From Verrucomicrobiota bacterium (GTDB lineage Bacteria; Verrucomicrobiota; Verrucomicrobiia; Opitutales; Coraliomargaritaceae), in the NCBI GenBank assembly GCA_039815375.1, contig JBCBZJ010000007.1, positions 52,233 through 116,232 on the forward strand: a stretch of DNA of 64,000 nucleotides. The letters are read 5' to 3'. The notes beneath the pieces are model-generated. The model was given only the letters and a program-made list of their open reading frames with translations. It ran no database searches and was not told where the DNA came from. Below, piece after piece: positions 19,047 through 28,203 of this stretch. Position 1 is the first letter of the stretch. Each line of letters starts with the position of its first letter. Both the position numbers and the translations under genes were made by a program.

Positions 19047-19526
19047 ATGCCGGAACGTAACCTAATCTTAGCCATATGCACAGGTAATACTTGCCGCAGT
19101 CCGATGGCGGAGAAGTTACTACAGCATGCTCTTGCAGCTGAGGGAGCACCTTTGAACAGGCTTACTGTCGTGTCTGCGGGAGTCGCTGCCGGTTCATGTG
19201 AACCTGCCTCTGAAAATTCCGTTGCTGCAATGAAAAAGGTAAAGCTCGACCTGACTGATCATGAAAGCCAGCTGCTAACCGCTGAATTACTCAATCGAGC
19301 CTTCGCCGTATTCGGCATGACTAGCTCCCATTTGGACATCCTAAGGCATTACTTTTCTGAATTGCCGGAACGCGTGCACCTTCTTCGCGGTTTTATGAGC
19401 AGCGAAGAAGACGATCAGATTCCAGACCCCTTTGGAAAGGATTTTGACGCCTACAGCGATTGCCTGGACTCGATGATTGAGGCCATTCCTTCTGTTGTTG
19501 CGTATCTAAAAAACGAATACAAATAG
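19047..19526 (+). CDS. Low-molecular-weight protein phosphatase, YwlE-like (probable Arg phosphatase)
   Basis: P-loop CTGNTCRSPMAE, SAG, IPDPFG. Confidence 0.9.
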   Translation: MPERNLILAICTGNTCRSPMAEKLLQHALAAEGAPLNRLTVVSAGVAAGSCEPASENSVAAMKKVKLDLTDHESQLLTAELLNRAFAVFGMTSSHLDILRHYFSELPERVHLLRGFMSSEEDDQIPDPFGKDFDAYSDCLDSMIEAIPSVVAYLKNEYK

Positions 19527-19528
19527 CC

Positions 19529-19876
19529 ATGCCACTCCTACAAGTCACCTCCAACATCCCACTCACTGAAGCTGAGAAAAGCAACGCGTTGCAAACTCTC
19601 TCGAAGACTGCATCTGAGCTTCTCAGCAAGCCTGAAGATTACGTGATGACAAGCTGGACTACCGCTAAAATGACTATGGCGGGAACCGATGCACCTGCGG
19701 TTTTCCTCGACCTGCACAGCATCCGTCTGCCTGAAGATGCGACTTCACGGCTTAGCAAGGAACTTTGCGAATGCCTGAGTCTCACCGTCGACGTTCGACC
19801 TGACCGAGTCTTCCTTAATTTTCACGATGTCGCCCCATCGATGTGGGGATGGAATGGAAAGACCTTTGGTGACTAA
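19529..19876 (+). CDS. MIF-like phenylpyruvate tautomerase
   Basis: N-terminal catalytic Pro (MPLLQVTSN), KPEDYVM, DRVFLNF, WGWNGKTF; 115 aa. Confidence 0.9.
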   Translation: MPLLQVTSNIPLTEAEKSNALQTLSKTASELLSKPEDYVMTSWTTAKMTMAGTDAPAVFLDLHSIRLPEDATSRLSKELCECLSLTVDVRPDRVFLNFHDVAPSMWGWNGKTFGD

Positions 19877-21455
19877 GGATAATCCGCCTGAACCATTTCT
19901 GGTCGATGTCGTTCTGCCGCTTGAGCAGTCGGAGGATCGCAATGCACAACATTCTGCGCTGGCTAAGAAGCTTCAGGTTGAGAAATCCCGTATTCCAGAA
20001 TTCAGGCTACGGAAGCATTCGATCGATGCACGACAGCGGCAGATAAAGGTACAACTGCGTTTCGAAGTCGGACTCGACGCGCCACTTCCTCCTGTTCCAG
20101 AGCTTCGCCCGAGCTATCCGAAGACTGATCCTTCCGCGAATCATGTCATCATCATCGGTTGTGGACCAGCCGGTATTTTTGCAGCCCTGCGATGCCTTGA
20201 GCTCGGCATCAAACCGATTGTTCTCGAACGTGGTAAAGACGCTTCAGCTCGACGTTTCGATTTAGGTCCGATACTTAAAAAAGGGCGCGTGATCGAGGAT
20301 TCGAACTATTGTTTCGGGGAAGGTGGTGCAGGCACGTTCTCGGATGGTAAGCTCTATACCCGTGCGACCAAACGCGGGCCCGTGCGCAGAATTTACGAGA
20401 CGCTGGTCGCTCATGGTGCACCGGAACGTATTCTGATTGATGCTCACCCTCACATCGGCTCGAACTTGCTTCCGAAAGTCGTCATGGCGATGCGGGAATC
20501 CATCCTCAGCGCCGGCGGTGAGGTTCACTTCGGAAGCAAAGTTACCCAGTTTCTTTTCAAAGACGGTGAGGTAAAGGGCGTTCGCACTGCTGATGGAAAC
20601 GAATTTACAGCGCAAAAAATCATCCTAGCAACCGGCCATTCCGCTCGAGACATTTATGAGCTCCTGCAAAAGCAAAAAGTGCGACTTGAGCAGAAGGCAT
20701 TTGCCGTCGGTGTGCGCATTGAACATCCGCAGCCTCTCATCGACAGTCTTCAATATCATACTACTCGTGAAGTCGAACGCTCACGACTCTTGCCTGCCGC
20801 AAGTTATCGACTAGCCACCAAAATCGATAACCGAGGCGTTCACTCCTTTTGTATGTGCCCAGGCGGTTTTATCGTTCCTGCAGCAACGGGAAATGACGAG
20901 ATCGTTGTCAATGGTATGAGCTTGGCCCGGCGTGACTCGCCTTTCGCCAACAGTGGTATGGTTGTCACCATAGAACCTGAAGATACCACGAAATTTCAAG
21001 CGGAGTATGATATCTTGGCCGGCATTGCCTTTCAGAAGCATTTGGAAGTGGCTGCAAAGCAACATGGCGGCGGTGGTCAAATTGCTCCCGCTCAACGAGT
21101 GACGGATTTTCTTAACGGCAGAACTTCACAGGATTTGCCGAAGACCAGCTATTTTCCAGGTATCCAATCCGCGCGAATCGATGAACTCCTGCCGGACTGG
21201 ATTGTCGATCGTCTGCGGCGAGGTTTGCGAATCTTCGGAGAACAGATGCGCGGCTATATTACCGAGGAGTGCAACTTGGTCGGCTTCGAAACGCGAACCA
21301 GCTCGCCCGTGCGAATACCACGTAACGAAAAGACACTCCAACACCCCGAGTTGAGAAACCTCTTTCCCTGCGGCGAAGGAGCCGGATTTGCAGGTGGTAT
21401 TGTCAGCGCTGCTTTGGATGGCATGCGTTGCGCCGAGGCTGCTGCCCAAGCCTAG
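19869..21455 (+). CDS. FAD-dependent oxidoreductase (uncharacterised FAD-dependent dehydrogenase family)
   Basis: GCGPAG, FGEGGAGTFSDGKL, ATGHSARD, FCMCPGG, ETRTSSPVRI, GEGAGFAGGIVSAA; probable GTG start at 19869. Confidence 0.9.
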   Translation: MTKDNPPEPFLVDVVLPLEQSEDRNAQHSALAKKLQVEKSRIPEFRLRKHSIDARQRQIKVQLRFEVGLDAPLPPVPELRPSYPKTDPSANHVIIIGCGPAGIFAALRCLELGIKPIVLERGKDASARRFDLGPILKKGRVIEDSNYCFGEGGAGTFSDGKLYTRATKRGPVRRIYETLVAHGAPERILIDAHPHIGSNLLPKVVMAMRESILSAGGEVHFGSKVTQFLFKDGEVKGVRTADGNEFTAQKIILATGHSARDIYELLQKQKVRLEQKAFAVGVRIEHPQPLIDSLQYHTTREVERSRLLPAASYRLATKIDNRGVHSFCMCPGGFIVPAATGNDEIVVNGMSLARRDSPFANSGMVVTIEPEDTTKFQAEYDILAGIAFQKHLEVAAKQHGGGGQIAPAQRVTDFLNGRTSQDLPKTSYFPGIQSARIDELLPDWIVDRLRRGLRIFGEQMRGYITEECNLVGFETRTSSPVRIPRNEKTLQHPELRNLFPCGEGAGFAGGIVSAALDGMRCAEAAAQA

Positions 21456-22396
21456 CGGCCAAAAAGGCGACCCAGGAAACCCGATTTCTTTTCCTCTTCT
21501 GGAGCAAATTGTAGTTTTGCCAGCTGGACAGCGATACGCTCACGACGAGGCTCGTTAATCATAATAAAATAGCGTTCGGGTGAACCGCCCGTTCCGAAAA
21601 CCGTCTCCAGATCCGCAGCCTCCGTGGAGAACCACTCACCGATATCGGCAACCTGATCAAGGGCTTTTTTGACCGAAGCTTCGATCTGCAATTCACTTGA
21701 AGAGTTGAGTTTCAGGGTCTCCTCATCACTCAAGGTCACGCCACCCTTACTCATGAGATGTAACTGCGCAACCTCAGTCATATCCTCACTGATTAAGCCA
21801 ATCGCTTCTGCAAGATGCAGTCCACGCTCACCTCTTCGATAAGGAATATGACGTGCGATACCAACTTCATCTTTATGTGAAAGGCTGTTTAAGAAAGACT
21901 TAAGGTCTCCGCCAATGACCGCGTTACGTGCGATTTTCTGCCCGAAATGCACACATTCTATCAGCGTTTCCACACCTTCTTTCGTTAGCAGATCCTTCGT
22001 TTCTTCTGAAAAGTGAATAAAGTCGGCCGGGTAGTTTGTTGGGACCTGGATTCTAGTCAGAATTCGTTCAAACGTATCATCTTCCCGGCTCTCCGTTTCA
22101 ACCGTATCGACCATATCACCAAACGGATCGTCAAACGCTAGCGTCTCACGCAGAATGTCCATTAGCGCTTTAATACGACTCATCTTACCGACAAGCCCAG
22201 GCACCGATTCCAGCTCCTCGAACTCATACTCTATGTATTTCGCCGGAGTCTCATCTGATCCTTTGAAGGGCCACGAAACACCCACATTTTGTCCAAGCTT
22301 TGCAACTTCTGTCTCGTTCAGAATGGAATGGAAAAAACGTTTGCGAATATGGTTCCACTCTTCAGCGGTGTATTTCTCAGGTTCTGTTTCGCTCAT
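21452..22396 (-). CDS. Hypothetical protein with C-terminal MinD-like amphipathic helix
   Basis: 314-aa ORF with protein-like composition, convergent with the oxidoreductase; ends EEEKKSGFLGRLFGR. Confidence 0.8.
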   Translation of the reverse strand: MSETEPEKYTAEEWNHIRKRFFHSILNETEVAKLGQNVGVSWPFKGSDETPAKYIEYEFEELESVPGLVGKMSRIKALMDILRETLAFDDPFGDMVDTVETESREDDTFERILTRIQVPTNYPADFIHFSEETKDLLTKEGVETLIECVHFGQKIARNAVIGGDLKSFLNSLSHKDEVGIARHIPYRRGERGLHLAEAIGLISEDMTEVAQLHLMSKGGVTLSDEETLKLNSSSELQIEASVKKALDQVADIGEWFSTEAADLETVFGTGGSPERYFIMINEPRRERIAVQLAKLQFAPEEEKKSGFLGRLFGR

Positions 22397-22426
22397 GGGT
22401 GATCTATTTTCTTAAACACATACTGC

Positions 22427-22811
22427 TTAATATGCCACTATAATATCTCGGACATGAGTGTCAAAGATTCGTGCATCCTTCGCAACACTCCCCTGATTTT
22501 TGAACTGGATAATCTGAAACTGCATTCGCATCTTCGGCGCATCGATATCAACATCACTCTTGATTGAACTAAAATCACAACTCAAACCTGCCCTTGAGGC
22601 TGCATGCCTGCAACACGGAAACTCGCACAGAGATGGTAAACTGCTTGAGCTTTCCGGACGAGGAGCGTGAATCCAACAAGACTCAGCGTGTCGGGATTGG
22701 CTGGAACATAAACTTCACCGCATAGAAGACATCGCACTGCAAAGAATAGAGAACATTTGGCGGATAATTGAAGAGCATGAAATCATAGTCTTCTTCAATC
22801 TCTGCGAGCTG
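22427..22811 (-). pseudogene. Degraded ParA/Soj/MinD-family ATPase fragment
   Basis: Three frames read QLAEIEEDYDFMLFNYPPNVLYSLQCDVF / GEVYVPANPDTLSLVGFTLLV..SFRVAGMQPQGQV* / SIKSDVDIDAPKMRMQFQIIQFKNQ..ARIFDTHVRD. This matches the ParA pattern YDxxxxDCPP...xxxPxxPDxLS, with at least two frameshifts and one stop; the Walker A region is absent. Confidence 0.75.
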
Positions 22812-22977
22812 ATTTTCCGTGGCATTCGGCTAAAATTCAAATTGCTATTACAGAAAGAGACAAATCGCTCATAGTCAATTTAGCGTAAATCGTTTTCTGG
22901 AAGCAGTTTAAGGATCTTATTAAATGAATTCAGATGGTTTCTTGACTTTATTACTCAAAAACTAATATTTAAAAAAG

Positions 22978-23700
22978 ATGTCCTCTAAAGTATTAGCTCA
23001 GTCGCCATTGTCTGATCTCAATCTCGAGATCACGTCTGCAACTGAGCGTGTGCAATGGGCCTACCAAAAATACGGTGACCAACTCGTCCTGACAACGAGC
23101 TTTGGCGTGCAAAGCGCTGTTATGCTCCATTTGGTCACAGCTCAGATTCCTGATATACAGGTCATTTTTGTCGATACGGGATACCTGTTCCCTGCGACCT
23201 ATACGTTTGCCCAAAAGCTGACAGATCGCCTAAAGCTCAATCTCAAGACTTATACTCCAAACCAGACGGCCGCCCAGCAGGAGGCGCTCTACGGTAAGCT
23301 CTGGGAAAAAGGTGTCGATGGAATCGAACGTTATAACCGGATCAATAAAGTCGAACCATTGAACCGGGCCGTGAGCGAGCTCAATGCAACTGCATGGTTA
23401 TCGGGCTTGCGCCGAAGCCAGTCCAGCACGCGCAAGGATCGCCCGGTTGTTGAGCAACAAAATAAGGTCACAAAAGTCTACCCGATAGTCGATTGGACGG
23501 ATCGGGATATCTACATCTATTTGACTGAAAACGACCTACCCTACCATCCGCTCTGGGAACAGGGTTATGTTTCGGTGGGCGACTGGCATAGCACAAAGAA
23601 ACTGGGAGAAGGCATGACCGAGGAAGATACTCGCTTTGGGGGCCTAAAGCGTGAGTGTGGCATCCACGAAGTGACCGGTGGAGCGGACTTCCAAATTTAG
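22978..23700 (+). CDS. cysH: Phosphoadenylyl-sulfate (PAPS) reductase, type without Fe-S cluster
   Basis: [42 protein letters not shown]; lacks the CC...CxxC ligands of APS reductases. Confidence 0.95.
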   Translation: MSSKVLAQSPLSDLNLEITSATERVQWAYQKYGDQLVLTTSFGVQSAVMLHLVTAQIPDIQVIFVDTGYLFPATYTFAQKLTDRLKLNLKTYTPNQTAAQQEALYGKLWEKGVDGIERYNRINKVEPLNRAVSELNATAWLSGLRRSQSSTRKDRPVVEQQNKVTKVYPIVDWTDRDIYIYLTENDLPYHPLWEQGYVSVGDWHSTKKLGEGMTEEDTRFGGLKRECGIHEVTGGADFQI

Positions 23701-23935
23701 CAATGGCGCCTTGCGAATGCCTGGGTGCAGCTGCAGGCGCGGCTATCGCAACAAGATTCCTGGGAGTTTGACCCTTTCCCGAAACTGCCGGAGAAGCCAG
23801 ATCCTCCAGAAATAATGCGCCGCACGGGCTAGCCCGTTTCCGGATGGTGCTTTAATGGCTGGTCCTTTATGGACTGCGTCAGACTGGATGCTCGCCGGAC
23901 TCTGGTGGCACGGTCTCGTAGACATAGGTGGGCAT
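23697..23935 (-). pseudogene. FmdB-type zinc-ribbon protein pseudogene
   Basis: ATG at 23935 gives MPTYVYETVPPESGEHPV*; after a frameshift, QSIKDQPLKHHPETG*PVRRIISGGSGFSGS...SCCDSRACSC. This is the MPTYxY...QSxxDxPL...VxRxISGG...Cys-rich-tail pattern. Confidence 0.75.
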
Positions 23936-24008
23936 GAATTGAAGCATTCATTTTCTGAACAGTTTACAAATGCCAAACTACTTGCACCTGATCGGCTGCC
24001 CTATTTGT

Positions 24009-24764
24009 ATGAACAAGCCTGTGAGTTCTGAATTTATCCAACCAACAAACATCCCGAAGCACATCGCCATCATCATGGATGGAAATGGCCGATGGGCCAA
24101 ACAGCGCGGCCTGCCTCGTATTGAGGGACACCGAAGAGGTGCGGAATCTGTCAAAAGAACCCTGAAAGCTGCACAAGAAGCGGGCGTGGCCTGTCTGACT
24201 TTGTATGCGTTCAGCGTCGAGAATTGGAACCGGCCAAAGGAAGAAGTCGACGCGCTGATGAACCTTCTAGAGAGTTTTCTTTTGGATCAATTGCCTGTGC
24301 TTAAGAAGCGAAAGATTCGTTTGCGTGTCGTGGGACGTTACCGGGAACTCCCGGAAAAGATTCAAAGGCTACTTCGTGAAACAGAAGCAAAGACCGCAGA
24401 GTTTTGCGAACATACACTGGCCCTCGCACTGAATTACGGATCGCGGACAGAAGTAGTCGATGCAGTAAAATCTGTGGCGCAAGCTGCGAAATCGGGTGCA
24501 CTGGACCTTGAGGATTTTGATTACGATCAACTACGACCTCATCTCTACACTGCGGACATGCCAGATCCCGATCTAGTGATTCGCACCTCGGGTGAATCAC
24601 GACTCAGCAACTTTCTGATGCTCCAATCGGCCTATGCCGAGATTTACATAAGCGATGTGCTCTGGCCAGATTTCAGCCATAAGGAATTCCAGGCTGCATT
24701 GGACAACTATGCGAACCGTGAGCGACGCTATGGAAAAACCACGGAGCAGTTGATAAAGGGCTAG
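24009..24764 (+). CDS. uppS: Undecaprenyl diphosphate synthase
   Basis: HIAIIMDGNGRWA, YAFSVENW, ALNYGSR, IRTSGESRLSNF, RERRYG. Confidence 0.97.
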   Translation: MNKPVSSEFIQPTNIPKHIAIIMDGNGRWAKQRGLPRIEGHRRGAESVKRTLKAAQEAGVACLTLYAFSVENWNRPKEEVDALMNLLESFLLDQLPVLKKRKIRLRVVGRYRELPEKIQRLLRETEAKTAEFCEHTLALALNYGSRTEVVDAVKSVAQAAKSGALDLEDFDYDQLRPHLYTADMPDPDLVIRTSGESRLSNFLMLQSAYAEIYISDVLWPDFSHKEFQAALDNYANRERRYGKTTEQLIKG

Positions 24765-24805
24765 ACCCAATCCGACTGCTCAGATAACTCTCGCCCCTAC
24801 TCTAT

Positions 24806-25636
24806 ATGCAACAACGTGTTTTCAGTTTTGCCCTACTTTGGACGGTGATCGCTGTTTCAATCCTGCTTTTTGGTGCACATGCAGCCGTCTTGCTCGTCGC
24901 CATTGTCGCTTTCCTGACGCAGCTTGAACTTTACCAACTCTTTGAGAAGATGGGTTTGAAGCCCATGAAGCAGCTTGGTCTGGCTTGTGGCCTGATCATT
25001 TCACTGGGCGCTTACTATGTGCGGGGCATTGATTCAGGAAATGATCTATTTGTTCTTTGTTTTGTCGTGTTGACTCTGACAATCATTCGCCTGGACCTAC
25101 AAGCTGGACGCTTGCGTAGCTTCATGCCGACACTCTTTGGCCTTCTTTACGTGCCCTACTTACTGCACTTTCTGATTAAGATCATGAAGATGTCAGAGCT
25201 GGGCGGCTATCTTACCGGCACAGGAGTATTTCTTGGGGTCTGGATCGTTGCAGTAGCAAAATGCGCCGATGTCGGCGGCCTATTGGTCGGCATGAAAATC
25301 GGCAAAACGCCACTGTCTATAATAAGCCCGAAGAAGACCTATGAAGGCGCAATTGGTGGTGTAGTGTTTTCGATGTTGGTAGGCGTTATTTTGCTCAGCT
25401 GCTTTCCCAGCTATGTCCCGGACGGTTTTTCGTGGTGGTTGGCCGCTTTGATTGCAATCCCTGTTGCCGTGGCCTCGATAGCATCGGATCTGGTTGAATC
25501 GGCCTTCAAACGCCAGGCTGATGTAAAGGATTCCGGTAAGGTCATACCGGGTATCGGAGGCGTTTTCGATTTGACGGATAGTCTTATTCTCAGTGCTCCG
25601 CTTGGGTACCTACTCTTCAAGTATACCCTCTTCTAG
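24806..25636 (+). CDS. cdsA: Phosphatidate cytidylyltransferase
   Basis: Hydrophobic; SPKKTYEG, SDLVESAFKRQADVKDSG..IPG.GG..D; sits between uppS and dxr. Confidence 0.95.
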   Translation: MQQRVFSFALLWTVIAVSILLFGAHAAVLLVAIVAFLTQLELYQLFEKMGLKPMKQLGLACGLIISLGAYYVRGIDSGNDLFVLCFVVLTLTIIRLDLQAGRLRSFMPTLFGLLYVPYLLHFLIKIMKMSELGGYLTGTGVFLGVWIVAVAKCADVGGLLVGMKIGKTPLSIISPKKTYEGAIGGVVFSMLVGVILLSCFPSYVPDGFSWWLAALIAIPVAVASIASDLVESAFKRQADVKDSGKVIPGIGGVFDLTDSLILSAPLGYLLFKYTLF

Positions 25637-26794
25637 ATGACGACCAGAGCACGCAAGAATGTTGTTCTGCTCGGTGCTACCGGATCCATCGGCAGCAACA
25701 CCCTTCGCGTATTGCGAAAGCATAAGGACCGCCTGAATCTAGTCGGTGTGGCGGCACGTTCCAACTATGAGGCGCTCGCAGAGATCTGTCGTGAGTTTCA
25801 GGTCAAACACGCTGCGATTACCGACGAAAGCTCCTACAATTCTGCAAAGAATTGCTTCGACGATAACGTAATACTCAGAGCTGGGGAATCGGCCCTTACC
25901 GAACTCTCAACTCTTGCTGAGGCTGATATCGTCCTGGTAGCGGTGGTGGGCGCGTGTGGTCTTCGACCAGCGCTTGCGGCAATCGAAGCGGGCAAGGATA
26001 TCGCACTGGCCAACAAAGAGCTTCTCGTTCTTGGCGGTGCGCATGTAATCGAGGCGGCTGCGCGCAAAGGTGTCCGCCTCTTGCCTACGGATAGTGAACA
26101 CAACGCCATCTTCCAATGCCTTCAAGGCCATCCCCAAAGGCATATTGAAAAGCTTATCCTGACTGCATCGGGCGGCCAGTTTCGCGACACTGACGTTGAA
26201 TTGCTCGCGACTGTCACTCCGGAATCTGCTACACAGCATCCAAACTGGTCGATGGGACCCAAAATCACGGTTGACTCTGCAACCATGGCGAACAAAGGCC
26301 TCGAATTGATTGAAGCACACTGGCTATTTGGACTGGAACCGGAGCGACTTGAAGTGGTCATTCACCCGCAGAGTATCGTCCATTCCTTCGTCCAATTTAT
26401 TGATGGCTCAATTCTAAGCCAGCTCAGTCCGCCTTCCATGACATTTGCGATTCAAAACTGCTTGCTCTATCCCGAGCGTGCTTCCGGTGTTGAGGCAACG
26501 ATGGATTTTGGTCAGGCTTTTTCCTTGGACTTCCGGCCTCCGGATTTCGAACGCTATCCATGCCTTCAGCTCGCCTACGAATCCCTTCGATGCGGAGGTG
26601 CCGCTCCGGCAATTTTCAATGCAGCCAACGAGATTGCAGTTGAGCGTTTTCTCAAGAATGCGATTGGCTATCTTGATATCCCGAAAGTAATCGATCATTG
26701 TTTGGAAACTATCGAACATTCTTCTTCACCTAGCCTCGAGCAACTTTTCTTAATTGACGCAAACACCCGCAATCTTGCACGCACATGCTGTTAA
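25637..26794 (+). CDS. dxr: 1-deoxy-D-xylulose-5-phosphate reductoisomerase
   Basis: LGATGSIG, LANKE, PTDSEHNAIFQ, HPNWSMGPKITVDSATMANKGLE. Confidence 0.98.
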   Translation: MTTRARKNVVLLGATGSIGSNTLRVLRKHKDRLNLVGVAARSNYEALAEICREFQVKHAAITDESSYNSAKNCFDDNVILRAGESALTELSTLAEADIVLVAVVGACGLRPALAAIEAGKDIALANKELLVLGGAHVIEAAARKGVRLLPTDSEHNAIFQCLQGHPQRHIEKLILTASGGQFRDTDVELLATVTPESATQHPNWSMGPKITVDSATMANKGLELIEAHWLFGLEPERLEVVIHPQSIVHSFVQFIDGSILSQLSPPSMTFAIQNCLLYPERASGVEATMDFGQAFSLDFRPPDFERYPCLQLAYESLRCGGAAPAIFNAANEIAVERFLKNAIGYLDIPKVIDHCLETIEHSSSPSLEQLFLIDANTRNLARTCC

Positions 26795-28203
26795 ATCTCT
26801 TCTATATCACCGTCGCAATCTTCGCCCTTGGGTTTTGTATTTTCGTTCATGAACTTGGGCATTTCATTGCGGCAAAAAAGAGAGGTCTGGTCGCAGACCG
26901 CTTCTCTGTTGGATTCGGACCACGACTTTTCGGATGGAAATCGAATGGCACCGATTTTCGCCTCTCCCTAATTCCGCTTGGTGGTTATGTCTCGCTCCCT
27001 CAGCTTGTCGATATGGGGCGACTGGAAGGCGGTGTAAAGGATGAAGCAGATGCATTGCCACCGATCAGCTATACCGATAAGATGGTAGTCGCAGTGATGG
27101 GTGCCGTCTTCAATCTGATCTTTGCATTTCTGCTTTCGCTTATCCTTTGGGGTGTCGGCCGCGAGGTTATCAAATCCACGGAAGTGGATCTCGTCTACGA
27201 GCAAATGGTCAATGCCGAAGGAGAAGTTGTTCCCGGTCCGGCGAAAATTGCCGGCATCCTGCCGGGCGACACTATCCTCAGCGTAGATGGTCAGCGCATC
27301 GGTGATTGGGATCAGTTTACACACGCGATTCTTCTGGGCACAGGTCGAAGCGAAGACAAGCGGCCCCAAGCTCAAATTGAAGTATTGCGCGGCGGTGAAG
27401 TTGTCGCGATTGAGCTCCACCCAATCCTGAAAAAGTTTGGTATCGACTCAATGCGCACTGCGGGTGTTGCCCCTTCAGGTGAACTTGTCGTGATCGATGT
27501 TCTGGAAAATATGCCTGCCTTCGCTGGTGGACTGAAAGCGAATGACATTCTTCATTCTCTGGACGGCCAACTGATTGAATCTTCCAGCTTCCTCCAACTT
27601 TTTCTGAGCCAGCATGAAGGCGGTCCTGTTCAACTAACCGTTGTCCGTGAAGGTGAATTCGTTCCTTTGTCGATAGAACCTAGAGTGACGGCCGAGTCGC
27701 CTAACCCACTCTTTGGTTTTAGATACGAAGTTCGCGGCGTGAACACAGTGCGCGTGCACTACAACCCATTCGAACAGCTCAGCCGAATGGCAAACCGGAT
27801 GAAAGACACCCTCTATGCGCTGGTACATGTTAATTCTGACGTCGGTGTTAAAAACATGAGTGGCCCGGTGGGAATTGTTCACGGGCTCACGACCATGGCG
27901 CGCTTTGGTATCGTCGACCTGATCTGGTTTCTTGCACTGATCAATGTGAACCTGGCTATTTTCAACCTCTTGCCGATACCTGTGCTCGATGGCGGCCACA
28001 TGCTTTTTGCCACTATATCCAAGCTGAGAGGCCGCCCTCTTCCCATATCGGTTATGGAAAAGGTTCAGGGTGCCTTCATGGTTTTACTCCTTGGTATGGT
28101 CCTCTACGTGACTTTCTTTGATGTGGGACGTGTCGGATATGATCTTGGACTGATTAAAGACGAACCTGTCGCCGCTGAAAGCGCTACGGAAGCAGCCGAG
28201 TAA
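26785..28203 (+). CDS. rseP: Site-2 intramembrane metalloprotease with two PDZ domains
   Basis: HELGH, FSVGFGP, IPLGGYV, NLLPIPVLDGG. Confidence 0.95.
   Translation: MLLNLFYITVAIFALGFCIFVHELGHFIAAKKRGLVADRFSVGFGPRLFGWKSNGTDFRLSLIPLGGYVSLPQLVDMGRLEGGVKDEADALPPISYTDKMVVAVMGAVFNLIFAFLLSLILWGVGREVIKSTEVDLVYEQMVNAEGEVVPGPAKIAGILPGDTILSVDGQRIGDWDQFTHAILLGTGRSEDKRPQAQIEVLRGGEVVAIELHPILKKFGIDSMRTAGVAPSGELVVIDVLENMPAFAGGLKANDILHSLDGQLIESSSFLQLFLSQHEGGPVQLTVVREGEFVPLSIEPRVTAESPNPLFGFRYEVRGVNTVRVHYNPFEQLSRMANRMKDTLYALVHVNSDVGVKNMSGPVGIVHGLTTMARFGIVDLIWFLALINVNLAIFNLLPIPVLDGGHMLFATISKLRGRPLPISVMEKVQGAFMVLLLGMVLYVTFFDVGRVGYDLGLIKDEPVAAESATEAAE

Noticed and set aside
23743..23976. 77-aa minus-strand ORF between cysH and uppS
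   Set aside because: It is an alternative frame over the FmdB-like pseudogene and has no recognisable features itself.
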